A stretch of 64,000 bases of DNA from Utricularia gibba (GCA_002189035.1 NEEC01000002.1:1674001-1738000); one strand, 5' to 3'. Numbered from the stretch's first letter, positions 27,331 through 40,246 are shown. A program made the numbers and translations. The notes: a model not told the origin generated them from the letters alone.

Positions 27331-28330
27331 TCAAACTGGCAGAGGAGGCAATGGTGGTGCGCTACATTTAGAAATGTCACCATTGCTGGTATAGGAGGAG
27401 TTGGTAGCCATTGAAATGCATATCATGCTTTTTGAATTGATTGGCCTTTTAGATAGGCCATCAATGCGGCTTTGAAACAAATGCCTAGTATTTGTACTAA
27501 AAAGTTGCTCAAAGCATAAGATTTTTGCGTTACCTAGTGCACGCATTTTCTGGCTTTGCGACATCTTTGATAGTGCCACATCAGATAGAGCGGTAAAAGA
27601 TCTACATTTACCACAACAAAAATTTGAGATGCCTCTCCTGGAATAAGTTCCTCACAATCAGCAAAGCATAACAGCACGAGGTAAAGAAAGAAAAAAATTC
27701 TTCCAATATGATGAAGAGACTGGGAACTTGCATCAGATTTGAAATTAAGAATGAAGAGAAAATAAGCAACTAAGTCAACACATCAAATGAAAAAATAGTT
27801 CATAGACGATCACATAACACGATCGCGACAGAATAAAAAGTTATACAGGGTAACAAGGATTCCTTTAGACACTAACGACTCAGTAATAAAAATCCACGGC
27901 CACTAGAATCCTTTAGAACAAACAGAAATATGAAGGGATAACAAACCTTATAAAGGTCTCTTACCTGATAATTCATGCTTCTCTCGAATACTGTGACTGA
28001 TCACAAAGACAAATTCTTCCAAACAAACAGTAAAGCCACGTACTTCCCCGGCAAAACTTCCTCCGGAGCACCGAAATTGCCAAGAACCCCACATTTATGC
28101 TCACTCTGCACCTCGTCCTCATATCCACACCCATGGAAAAAACTCTTCGTTGCTTTCGCCGATTGAAGAAGTGGATGAGGAGGAGGCAGAACCATCCCGC
28201 TCCTCCGTCAAATGCTCCGGCCCCCTGGGAACTCGGCGGAGCCATAAATGGAGGGGTGGTTGAGAACGCGTCCCGGGACGTCGATCCGGGGATCCGCGCC
28301 GGATTTGGTTGGCCCCAATGCGATGGGCAT
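27331..28330 (-). pseudogene. Degenerate OXIDATIVE STRESS 3 (OXS3)/At5g21940-family gene, 2 exons, multiple frameshifts
   Basis: Family motifs are spread over frames: MPIAL.., SSSSTSSIGES, DEVQSE..EEVLPGK, intron 28043-27638 (AA|gtacgt..ttccag|G), RGISNFCCGKCRSFTALSD, IKDVAKPENACTR*RKNL, GLSKRPINS, PPLPPLP. Confidence 0.72.
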
Positions 28331-28547
28331 CTCCGTCACTCCGTGGAAGGACAAGCAAATGAATCTGCGACACTTTTTGATCGCCTTCCCATGATCTTTT
28401 TATCCAAACCACGAATTCTTTGATCATTAAATAATTAAAGAATTATTATTAAAATAAAATTTAATAAAAAATAATATTATCTGTATTTTTTAATGTTCAT
28501 ATCTATTTAAATTTGTGTTAATCAAAACAATGTTTCTTATATGTTAA

Positions 28548-29105
28548 AGCAGTGTTATGTAAAATTTTTTAAACCTGTTTTTACTTTTCAAAAGTAAAAA
28601 TAGTTTTGTTTTAGAACACATTTAATTGTAAAAATAATTCTATTAAAAATACTTTTAAAATTATAACTACAAAAATTATTTTTGAAAAAATAAGGAAATA
28701 ATTACTTTTAAGATGTGTTTTAGAAAATTTGTATCACCTATTTTTACTTTTATAAAATTAAAAATACTTTTAATTTAGAACACTATCTATTTTTACTTCT
28801 ATTTTTTTAAAAAATATTTTTGGTATTATACTTCAAAAATTGTTTTTGCAAAAATAGAGAAAATCTACTTTTACATTCTATTTTTACTTTTCAATATAAA
28901 TCCACAAGTTTTTTCATTATTTTCCTAAAACACCTATTTTTTATTTCTACTTTTATAAATTATTTATATTTATACTTTTTAATTTTTCAAAAATAAAAAT
29001 AGATTTTACAAATTTTCTAGAACATACATTTATTTTGTATTTCTACTTTTCAAAAGTAATTTTGAAAATTAAAAATAGGTTTCAAAAATTTTCCAGAACA
29101 CAACT
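28548..29105. mobile_element. MITE with long imperfect TIRs (about 46 bp or more) and TAA target-site duplication (Tourist/PIF-Harbinger-like)
   Basis: 5' end agcagtgttatgtaaaattttttaaacctgtttttacttttcaaaa versus reverse complement of the 3' end agttgtgttctggaaaatttttgaaacctatttttaattttcaaaa. TAA flanks at 28545-28547 and 29106-29108. Interior is AT-rich and non-coding. Confidence 0.7.
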
Positions 29106-29593
29106 TAAATTTATAATAATTTTATTCTAAGATAATTAAATATTTCTAATTTCAATAATTTCATTATGGAAATATAAAAATTTGTGATTAAACATAATAT
29201 TAAATTCTATAGAAATTATTATATGCATTTAAAATGCGCAACCCATTAGCTGCCCTCGAAAATCGAGAGAGCAGAGCTCGCCGGAAACTTTACGATGTTT
29301 CGATGGCGCCGGCGATGATCATTGCGTGTTACCGGAGGTCGAGAAAATGCAGGCATCGCATTGAGAGAAAATAACAGAGATAAGGAGGGAGACTCGGACT
29401 GTGGTACGTTTTTGGAAGGAACGCAAACAAATTCTGGCCCATAGAGTCAAGGGAGCTTAAGGCCCAGATGTAGGCCCGTGGACTCAGAATCGCCGATTGA
29501 TTTTGATTCAGCATACCGCGGATTCGTTCCTGCTCTTCGTGTCTTTACTCTTCTTGAAGAATCCCTCGTTCTAAACTTTGGCGGTCGGAGAGG

Positions 29594-30217
29594 ATGATTC
29601 AGCCTCTATATGCGCTGGTTTTTGGGGAAGTGGCGTTGATTCTGGTTCTGCTATTTCGAACGCCGCTGAGGAAACCTCTTCTGTTTTTATTGGACAGAGT
29701 CAAGCAGGGACGGGGTCCGGTGGTCGCGTCCACAGCAGGTGCGACGTTGATTGCGGTTATGGTATCGCTTCTGTATAACATCGCTAGTATTAAGGGCCGA
29801 TCTGAGGAAGGTGGAGCCATGAGTCCCACGGATCAGGTTATTTTGGCCCATCAGCTCCTCCAGGCATCGCTTATGGGTAAATTTCTTCTTCCCCTGTTTC
29901 TTTGATTCCGATTTATGTCCAGATCAGAGTGTTGGGGCTCTCTCTGCTTCTTCTTAATGGTGCCTATCCATCATGAACTTTTTGCAAGATATCCCTGTTT
30001 TGGCGCTAAGTTACTCTGCACAACTGTGTTTCTTTGTTGTTGTGGAAATGCAGGTTTTGCTCTTTTCTTGGGGCTGATGATAGACAGAATCCATTATTAT
30101 ATCAAGGAGGTGAGGATGCTGAGAAAGCATTTGGAGGCATTGACGAAGATGGAGAGAAAGCCAGAGAACTCGAAGGGAAAAGGCCAAGCCGTGGAGGAGG
30201 AAGAAGAAGACGACTAG
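29594..30217 (+). CDS. B-cell receptor-associated protein 31-like (BAP31 family) ER membrane protein, short form, 2 exons
   Basis: MIQPLYALVFGEVALILVLLFRTPLRKPL..RGPVVASTAGATL..DQVILAHQLLQASLMG|FALFLGLMIDRIHYYIKEVRMLRK; intron about 29877-30052. Confidence 0.85.
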
Positions 30218-30870
30218 GTGAAAAAGCAACACAGATGTTGAACACTTCAAGTCAATGTGCAAACTCGTAGCTTTTCTTTTATGATATTTTTTTCGTTTTC
30301 AGGAAATAAACTACTCTGTGTTTACGCCTCTTTGATATTGAATTCTTCAGCAACACCATCATCCATTTGTTGCAGGTGTAGTTTTTTTTTTTTTTTTCAA
30401 TTTCATCCTGTGAAGAATGCAAACTCGTTATCCCCGTAGAAAGATTCAGATAACCACGAACTGACTCCTGAAGACATACGTTGCTGGGATCTCAGAGAAT
30501 GTTAGAAGGGTTCAGAATGCCATGAATAGACTCCTTGAGGAGACTTAGAGAGTGGCAGAAAGCGAGACCGAGCATAGCACTTGCGCCTCTAGTTTCCGAC
30601 GAGAGTCTGCCGTCGCAGTTCAGTCGAGATTCGAGATACCCATACTGAGAATACTCGAAAACCAGCGCCGGGATCCGCTGGTGAAGCTCTTTTCCTCTCT
30701 GCACCGATCCCGATAAAACAAAATTCGATCACTTGTTAAGAACTCGTTTGCATGTAATGTTCGTAAATGCTCACTACGCCGGTTGCAGAAATTTTTTAAA
30801 ACCTGGGTCTAACTGATTCATGTCTATCCTTTTAGGGGAAAAGCAGAGGAACAAGGGTGGATTAAAGCGG

Positions 30871-31392
30871 CTAAGTATTAGAATGCTGTCCTTGATCTCG
30901 GCCTTCAAGCTCCACTCTCCCACGACAAACAGGGCAGACATTCTTCACTACAAGCCATCTCTTGATGCACGCAGCATGATACTCGTGCAAGCAACCCAGA
31001 ATTCCAATCACGCCGTCGTTGAGGTCGTCTTGGCAAATGGCACAGATCTCGGGCTCCCCATCTTCATCTCCGGTATGACTACTCCTCTTCAGTCTCATAC
31101 TCTGCATTATCATTTCTTCATACAGCTCGCCGTCAGCTTCAGCCGCCTCGTTCACCGTCTCTTCATTTAAACCATCCTCATCTGCTTCCGCGACAGCAGC
31201 ATGAAGAATCCGGAGTTCGTCAGAAGAAAAATAGCTGAGGTCTCCGGTGGGCGATGCCGGAACCCACACCCTAGTTATATAGCCTTCGTGGTTCACTTGT
31301 AAACCAGGGACGTAGAACCCCCTGAAGACGGGTACGTACATCGTCGGAGGGTAGAAGAGAAGCCTTCGTGGTTCAATTGTAAATGCCGCCAT
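30871..31392 (-). CDS. Intronless RING-H2 E3 ubiquitin ligase (C-terminus resembles MBR/RHG1A type), atypical N-terminus
   Basis: CAICQDD..LGCLHEYHAACIKRWLVVKNVCPVCR fits the C3H2C3 pattern, preceded by a GLNEETV motif. Confidence 0.85.
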   Translation of the reverse strand: MAAFTIEPRRLLFYPPTMYVPVFRGFYVPGLQVNHEGYITRVWVPASPTGDLSYFSSDELRILHAAVAEADEDGLNEETVNEAAEADGELYEEMIMQSMRLKRSSHTGDEDGEPEICAICQDDLNDGVIGILGCLHEYHAACIKRWLVVKNVCPVCRGRVELEGRDQGQHSNT

Positions 31393-32075
31393 GATCAGGG
31401 GAACAGAAGAGAAGCAGTTTACTGTCGGAGGATGGATGATGATGTGAAGAAGATGAACACCCTGATTTTAATAGGCTTGTCTTGCGATAAACAAGGAAGT
31501 ATGTATTTTTTTTGGTCAGTTAAACAAGGAAGTATGTGGTTAAATAAGGAAATATTACCCATTAATGTGAATGTTTCTATTAATATATTAAAAAATCAAT
31601 CTAGTCCAGATATCTAAACTATTTTTTTATTTAATCATATTTAATTCATTATTTGTTATGTTAATAATTTAAATTAACTGTTTTTTCAATTGATTAAATG
31701 ATATTTAGTTTATTGTAAAAATATTAGGAACAATAAAAATTTATTTTTCGAATATGATATTTAATACACGAGGAAAGTAAATATAAAAACAAATATTTTA
31801 TAATGATATTTAAAAAAATGAAGCAAACAGCACCTCCACAGGGAACTCCGACGGTTGTACTTAGCAGCAGAAGAAGGAAGACATGAGGAAGATGAAACGG
31901 TAGAAGCGATGTGCGATCTACTTCTAGGTTTGTTCATTTGATTACCGGGGAGAGGTGTCTTGAGTGCACGTCAACTGAAACCCGGGAGGCAGATATTTTC
32001 CGACGAATTCTGGAGAGATTGAATCGAGGATCGTTTTTTGCGGATTTCGGTGCCTTTTGATTCAACAAACGTATA

Positions 32076-35000
32076 ATGTCTGCGACTGCGGCGACCGGAG
32101 GCGCAATTTATAGGGGCTACAACTTCGCTTCTAATTGGGAACAGGTAGGTTCCTGGGATTGGTTTGTTGAAATTCGATGTTTCCAGGTTGTAGATCCACC
32201 ACTGATCTTGCGGCTTCTTTTGTTTGAAAACAATTTTTCGCTTTATCTCCCGATACTCTTTTAAGTTCCTGGCATGATCCCAATCTGTTCATTGTTAGAA
32301 TGCTCCTTTGACCGAGGAACAGCAAGCAGCAATTGTGGCTCTTTCTCATGCAGTTGCAGAGCGATCTTTTCCACCGAATTTGGTAAACTTATCTAATTTT
32401 TCCTGATTTTCCGTTTCATATTTCGGTTTCTTTTTTATAGTGCGTAATCCTTTTATTCATTTTGGGAGCCAAAAGGTACAAGAGAAAGTGACTGGACCGG
32501 AAAATGGCATGAGTATATTTGTCAAAGACAGCGCAATAGAGGATTCAGGAGCCATTGATGCTGCTTTAGTGAATACAAACCAGGTGTGCTGTTTTCCCTG
32601 GATAAGTTTAAGATTTGTCTTCGATGTCTTTGCAAAATGCTGTTCACGTCATTTTGTTTACTAGCTAGTGCAAGGTAATCAATGTGAGTTGCAGACCATT
32701 TGAGTTTCTTAACCATACCCATCGATTTACCATCTGCTTTCTAGGAGAATCTTAGAAGAGTTGCTCATTGTTACTTCATAAAATCCACATTGATGAAGCT
32801 GTACTGACTGATCGAAAAATTGATTTGCCGTATGCTTTTAAGAGATTTTGAACAAACTGCATCTTGTTACTTAGAATTTTCATAATACGAATTTCAAATA
32901 TTAGGAGCCAGTTGTATTCTTTGTATGGAGACTTTTATAACTATTTTTGGATTGTTTATTCCTGTGATTTCCATTATCCTTTCTACTTGTGCTTCCAAAA
33001 ATCAATACTTGATGACAAGTTGATGTCCTTATAGTTTGAGTGTGCTATTGATATTCAGGATCAACAAGTTCATCGTTAATTTTCTCTCTTGCAGTTCTAT
33101 AAGTGGTTTACAGAACTTGAAGCTGCCATGAAATCTGAGGTTACCATGATCTAACTTACCAGGAATTGGCATGATGTAAATTTATTTCTAATGGCATGCC
33201 CACGTTTTCAGACAGAAGAGAAGTATCAGCATTATGTGAAGAGTCTAGCTGAACGTATAGAAACCTGCGATAATATACTCAATCAGGTACATAACTACTC
33301 TTCAATATCAAACTCATCTTGGATGAATTATTTGAGGAATGCATCAAATCTATTTTCTCTCAGACAGATTACACTTATAATTAATGGATGTGTTTCAGGT
33401 TGATGAAACTCTTGACTTATTCAATGAGCTACAACTGCAGCATCAAGCAGTGGCAACAAAGACTAAGACCCTACATGATGCATGTGATCGACTGGTAATT
33501 ATGCACTTTTTATTGGTCATGTGTTGGAAAATCTAAGAGAGAAAAACCATTTCTTAAGCAATAAATGCGGCATTCGAAAAATGACATTTCAGATTGTGAA
33601 TTTTTACTTTCCGACTTGACTAATCTATGAAAGTGTGAAGAACATTACACTTGTTGAATGTCTATGGTTTCAAGTGTGTGACAAATAATTTCAACATTGG
33701 CTTGGTTGTGATGCCCTTTTGCAGCTAATGGAGAAGCAAAAGCTAATAGAGTTTGCTGAATGTCTTCGGGAAAAACTCAACTACTTTGATGAACTAGAGA
33801 ATGTAACGTTTGATATGCTCTTTCGTGCACATTGGCTATTCTGTTATTGCGTCCTCCACTAAACCAGCACTTTTTTTCTATATGGTGACCATTGACAAGA
33901 GCAATAGTAGTAGCGTTTGTGTTAAACCCCTCTGCTCATTAATGCCACTTGCTTTGCAGTTCGCTAACAGCTTCAATTCTCCAAGCATGAATGTGGCGCA
34001 TGATAATTTTCTCCCTTTGTTGAAAAAATTGGATGACTGCATATCGTAAGTGATCGTTTAACTGCCACTTTCTTAATTCTTCCTTTTTTTCTTTGGTTTG
34101 TGTATCTACATGCATCTGTTATCTGAAGTTTCTTATATGTGGCATAGGTATGTCGAGAGTAACCCTCAGTATGCTGAAAGCAGTGTTTATTCACTCAAAC
34201 TCCGCCAACTTCAGGTACCATGCCTCTCATTGAGGAATCTGGATTTCTTTGTCTTATTGGATGAATGATTGCTTGATGCAATGTTGTGTCTTTTTAAAGA
34301 GTTTTTGAAGTGTCTCGGTGTTAATGCTTATCTTTTAACTGGGTTTAGTCTCGAGCACTTGGGATGATTCGCTCTTATGTACTCTCTGTCCTCAAGAATG
34401 CATCGTCTCAGGTATGTTTGATTAACTTTATACGTGGGCAACATGGTTCTATCTTCAGCCAACATGAAAAAAAAATAATGGTAGGTCCAAACAGCCATAA
34501 AAAGCAGTGTTGCAAACCAGACATATGTATCAGAGAGTGTGGAGGCATCGGTAATATATGTACGATTCAAGGCAGCTGCAAATGAGGTTAACCTCCCGTA
34601 AATGTTCCCCCCCCCCCCAATATATAAAATAAGTCATACTTCTACCTGTTTCTGGGCTTGTAAATGCTCACTAATCTGGTATTTGATGTATTGTAGCTGA
34701 AATCAGTGCTTGAGGAAATTGAAAGCAGAAAGTCAAGGAAAGAATATGCTCAGTTTTTATTGGAATGCCACAAACTCTACTGTGATCTCAGGCTTTCTTT
34801 GGTTTGTTAACTTTTACCCACTCCAAACAAAAATTACCACTCATGCACTTACAAGGGCCATCAGTTGCATGGTTCCCCGATCATGATGCATATACTTTTT
34901 AATATTTGGTCCAGGTGAGGGGCATAGTTCTTCAGCGGATTTCTGAATTTTCCAAGAAACAAGACCTTCCGTCATTGGCTAGATCTTGTTGTGCTTACTT

Positions 35001-37849
35001 GATGCAGGTCGCTTTTCTACCACATTCACTCGTCTTCATTATGATGAAAATGTGAACAAGGGACTAGTTATTATTCAAAAATCATTTATGATTGGCTTAA
35101 CATGGTTTCTCTTACGTTACAAAGTACAATTTACTGTTTTTTCTATGTGACCTTGAACAAACATGTGAATGCAGGCATGCCAGCTGGAACATCAACTTTT
35201 TGCTTATTTTTTCCCCTCATCTTCCGAGGATATTTCTAGTTTGAATCCTCTAATAGATCCACTGTAAGTGAATTTAATTTTTGGATCTGGTTGAGGTTGG
35301 CATTTTCTTTCTTGAAGTGTGTTTTGGGAGCCAATGGAATGCCAAGACCCCTGGTAATCATGCTGGAAAATTTCGGTCAAATGAATTGATGTGCGCAAGT
35401 GCAAGACATTTCCTTGTTTTCAGAAGTTATATAAATTTACCTAGTGGGACTTCTCTCTACTGTGGTTGACATTCATCTGAGTCACAAGGTCTCCTCCTGC
35501 TTCAGTCACATATCTATCAAAAAGTGAAACCTCTTCATCAATGTATTGCAGGTGCACCTACTTGTACGACACATTACGTCCGAGACTTATTCACGAAGTC
35601 AACCTGGATATTCTTTGTGAGCTTGTTGACATTTTCAAAGTTGAGGTACTGGCAGAGCAGGTAAGTCGCCGGGGTGAGCATCTAGCAGGATTGCAGCCTA
35701 CCTTCGAGAGGACTTTGGCAGATGTTCATGAACGGCTAACCTTTCGTGCTAGGACCTACATACGTCATGAGGTATACCATTTTTGCAGATAAAGATTCCA
35801 TAATCACTTTCATGTTTCTTTCTACCTTTTTTTTTCTGAAATTTGTGTTTGAAATGAGCTAGGGAAGAGGAAGCCCCATGTGGTCAATTCCTGTAAAAGT
35901 TTTATTAGAATCGTGTTTCTGAAACTTTTATTGAAATTTTGTTTCATAGAATAGTAGGGTGCATTGTTAAATTTCTTTCTTCTATTTAGATTGCAAATTA
36001 TCTTCCTGTGGATGAAGACATTGATTACCCTGCAAAGCTGGAGCAATCTGCTGCTGCAGACTCAGAAGCATCATCTGTAGCTGCAGTTGCGGTAAAACAT
36101 TCATCCCATGTAGTACCAACTGCATGCATCAACCAGTTTCTTTGTTTTTCATTGATAATTTATTCTATTGTTTAATATAGAGTGGAAAAAAGCCGGATAT
36201 TTCTAAAACATGGTACCCTCCTCTGGAGAAAACGATATCGTGTCTATCCAAGCTCTATCGTTGCCTAGAACCTGCAGTTTTCACTGGGTTAGCACAGGTA
36301 ATGCTAGTATTTGGCATTCGTCTTCCTCATTGCATTGACTTATATTTTGCACTTTTCATTCACTTTGTTCACTTTTTTTTTTTTTTTTTACCAGGAAGCT
36401 GTTGAAGTTTGCTCCACATCCATTCAGGTGACTGCTTTTGGTTTTCATGTATTCTGTTCATATTGGGGGTGGGGAGGGGTTGTTATCTTATATTTCCACT
36501 GGAATAATTTTTTTATCTTTTTGGGCGAGTTATTGATTCGCATGCTTGATGTCGCAGAAAGCTAGCAAACAGATTGCAAAAAGATCATCTGTCATGGATT
36601 CTCAATTATTCCTCATTAAGTTTCTTCTCATCCTCAGAGAGCAGGTGGTTTTTATCTCACGTTCACGTCCAACAGAACTGAAAAAAAAAAAAAAAGATCA
36701 ATTCATTTCTTATTACATTGGTAGCTTGTTTGCAGATTGCACCATTTGAAATTGAATTTTCAGTTACGCATAAGGAGCTGGATTTCTCTCATTTATTGGT
36801 AAGCCACCTGGTGCTAATATCCCCTCTTGTCGAATTTGATTGCTGCATGGTTCGCAAAACCAATTGCGGACTCCTGCAGGAGCATCTAAGACGGATTCTC
36901 CGTGGCCAAGCTTCCTTATTTGAATGGACAAGATCGAGTTCATTGGCAAGAACCCTGTCCCCACGAGTTCTTGAAAGCCAGATAGATGCCAAGAAGGTAA
37001 AATGAGATATATCGCTTGCCACCCCTTCTTGTTTGCTGTCTATCTACTAACTAGTGATGAGATGAAATGAACCTCATGATGAATCGTCTCGATTCAGGAA
37101 CTGGAGAAAAGCCTCAAAGCCACCTGTGAGGAGTTCATCATGTCAGTGACGAAGCTGATTGTGGAACCAATGCTGTCATTCGTGACAAAGGTCCTTTGAC
37201 TCGATTACCCTCCCTCGGTAGTAATTACCGTGTTATTGCATGATCTTTGAAAAAGTATCGTCTGTTCATCCAGGTAACTGCGGTGAAACAAACATTGTAT
37301 TCAGCCAGCCAAAATCCAAAGGTGGACTCCGCTATCAGTAAGCCTGTTAAAGACCACGCCTTCGCATCACCAGAAAAAATCGCCGAGATTGTGGAGAAGG
37401 TAAGTTTACACATTCACCCGCACTGGAGTTCCAACAGAATCTTAGTCTCATACTGAGTCGACATCATGGTGATCTTGAGACAGGTGCACGCCGCTATTCA
37501 ACAAGAGCTGGAGGGTGTAGCAACTAAAATGAAGCTTTATCTTCAGAGCCCTGCAACACGTGCTATACTCTTCAAACCCATCAAGTACGCCACCCTTTTT
37601 GCTCAACTGCATGCATCATCACCGTTTTTATCTTGAAAAGAAAGAAAGAAAACCTTCATAAAGCACACATGTTGCGTTGATTTAGCTGTTCGTTGAATCG
37701 TTTGGTTCATTCGCAGGACGAATATCGTTGAAGCTCATGCCCAGGTGCAGTCTATCCTTAAGTTAGAGTACCCTCCTGAAGACGTTGAGGACCTCGTCAG
37801 AGCGGTCGAGCCGGAAGATCTGCAGGCCCGACTTGACAACCTCATGTGA
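32076..37849 (+). CDS. COG3: Conserved oligomeric Golgi complex subunit 3 (Sec34), about 25 exons
   Basis: [15 protein letters not shown]|[22 protein letters not shown].., [15 protein letters not shown]|[69 protein letters not shown]. All junctions are GT-AG and in frame. Confidence 0.95.
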
Positions 37850-38364
37850 ATCCTAACCCGACGCCACGACCGGTCTTCTTTATTTAGCAAGTCCAAAGTT
37901 CTCATCAGCTGAATCATACTTTTTATGTTCCGTCAGTCATGCGACGGATCCGAAAACAAACTAGAGGACTTCGCTGCATCCCCTATTTACTCGGTTTCGT
38001 TTTATTAATATCAGATAATGGAAACCGAAATTATTTTTTATTAATCAATTTTTACGGAAAAAAGTATTAAAGAATGCTAACCGAAATTACACATGCATCA
38101 TTAAAAGATAGCATCAGAACAACACAAATGTAATGACAAAATTTCTCGAAATTTCAGATTTCGGGTTTTTTTGTGAAACAAAAATATTCATGCAATTTCT
38201 CTGAAATTTGACCAAAATTTGAAATTGTCGGTAGAACATAATCATGATTTAGCATCACACATTTTCCACAATATTCAAACCATTCAAAAATCAAATCCCG
38301 AAATGAGTGTCATGAGAGGAAACATGTTAAATCAGTCATATGAAAATAAGAGGCTAACTAACCT

Positions 38365-38806
38365 TCAGGTGCTAGTAGAATCAGCTCTCTGGTTGTTGTG
38401 ATATTCCATCCGCTGAAGAAGATACTTGAACGTCTCGATATCGCAAGGATTGTGAGCCCACCTCGACAATCAAATCCAAACTCCTCCACCTTATCCAGCA
38501 GTTTTTTGAACAGGGATCACTAAGATAGGTGGCAGGGATGATGAACCTCCGATGCTCTGGGCCAACATAAACAGCAAGAGATCCTCTGGGTATATCGCTG
38601 GGCATCTCTAGACTGGGACAACTTTCTTCATCTGAGTCATAATGCAAGCACGCGTTGTTTATTCTCCAACTCACCTCTGGAGAAATGCCTCTTTGCGGGG
38701 AATCAGGATCCTTGGGAGCATGTGCCACGTTTTGCCATCTTTGAACGAACTCCTTGAGTCTGGTGATCTGTCTTAATCCTGTGGTCTTCGTCTTCCTTCA
38801 CTCCAT
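38365..38806 (-). pseudogene. SAUR: SAUR (small auxin-up RNA) gene with a nonsense codon at position 3 and two frameshifts
   Basis: ATG GAG TGA then RKTKTTGLRQITRLKEFVQRWQ..PSDIPRGSLAVYVGPEHRRFIIPATYLSDP / LFKKLLDKVEE-FGFDCRGGLTI / PCDIETFKYLL..STST*, each slash being a frame change. Confidence 0.8.
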
Positions 38807-40246
38807 TTCTCAGGCATTCATTCTATGGGCAACAAAAAAGAAAAAAAAAATAGCATCAAGGACATCCAAGGCTGAATGTATCTCAGGAAACAGGATATAT
38901 ACAGCTGATTCATCCTTATTTTATAATTCATCTAGTTAATATTGTTAAGTCTTATGCAAAACTCAACCACGCCAGCCAGATTCAATTAATCAAGAGACTC
39001 CCGAAACAGAGATTAAACGCCTCAAAGCTGCTTTTCACCATTCACATTTTACCACGCATTTCATCGACAATGAGTATGCATTTTCCAGATGAAGCGATCC
39101 AGATTTAGCCACATGTAAACTAATAATTGCAATCAAAGGTGTTAGCAACACATGGAATTTGGCATCAACGAAGACAGTACCGAGATTTTCCACAAAAAAA
39201 TGACACCATCGTTCGTTATTCGAGTTCCAGTAATCGTAAAACGTATATCTAAAGCAAAACAAATAATATCTCCACCTACCAAAACGGACAAGGAAACCGT
39301 ATTCAGGCGATGAGAAAAAGCGAAGAAACCATCGAATTCAGGTACCGACGACTTGCAGCAGAAGGCGAAAAAATGTAAAACCGTCACGGCGTATTTTACG
39401 AGGGAGGAGTCTCGGCGGAGGATTCGATCAACTCGAGGCGTAATTTTCGCAAACGTGAAGCGCATGCATGCTTTTTGCTTCCTCATCCCATCCCTTTCCC
39501 TCTTCTTTTGTTTATTTATTTGCATCTATTTTTACACTATTTTTATTTACTATTTGTAGCGGTTGGTCTCCACGGTTTTCCCACTCATTAAAAACTCTTT
39601 TTTTATTTTACTATTTCATTCAATTAACCTGTAAATCATTTGGAATGATCAAGTTAAAATCATTTACTCCTCGATCCTAATTATTATTATTGACTAAATA
39701 GCAAGGCGAATGCAAATATTATAGCTGGTGTTCTCAAGCAACCGAAACCCTCTAGAATATCCTGGAGCATTCTAGAATGTTCACCATCGCCAAACCACTT
39801 TTTTGCTTTGTGAGGTAGGACAAAAACCTATGGGGGAAGCAGTTCTTTTTTTTGAAGATAGATAGGCATCGCAGATTTACTCCAAAATGACACAAGAGAT
39901 TCAATTCTCAAGGAAATGTAATAGTTCAGTGGGCAAGTAACATGGAAAATCTGACCACAAATTTCTTTTTTTAAGATGTCGAAAGCTCAGGATAGCTGCT
40001 GTGCTGTGGTGTTATTACATCGACGAGGAGGATACACACAAAACCCACCCAGTGGTCCGGTTCATGTCCAAGTTCAAGAAAACTAAAGCAGCTTTTACCT
40101 GGGAGGGAGGATGAGACTGCGTTGCAGTGTTTCTGAAAATTGGGGAAGACAAAGCAACACAGGTGACATAAGGATCCACCAAAACGATACTTTTGAACAA
40201 GGATGTGGGTTGTTTACCTTGAACTTCATTTTTCAGAATGAAAAAG

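Noticed and set aside
31488-31537. 17-bp direct repeat taaacaaggaagtatgt x2
   Set aside because: Only two copies; a local micro-duplication with no array or element structure.
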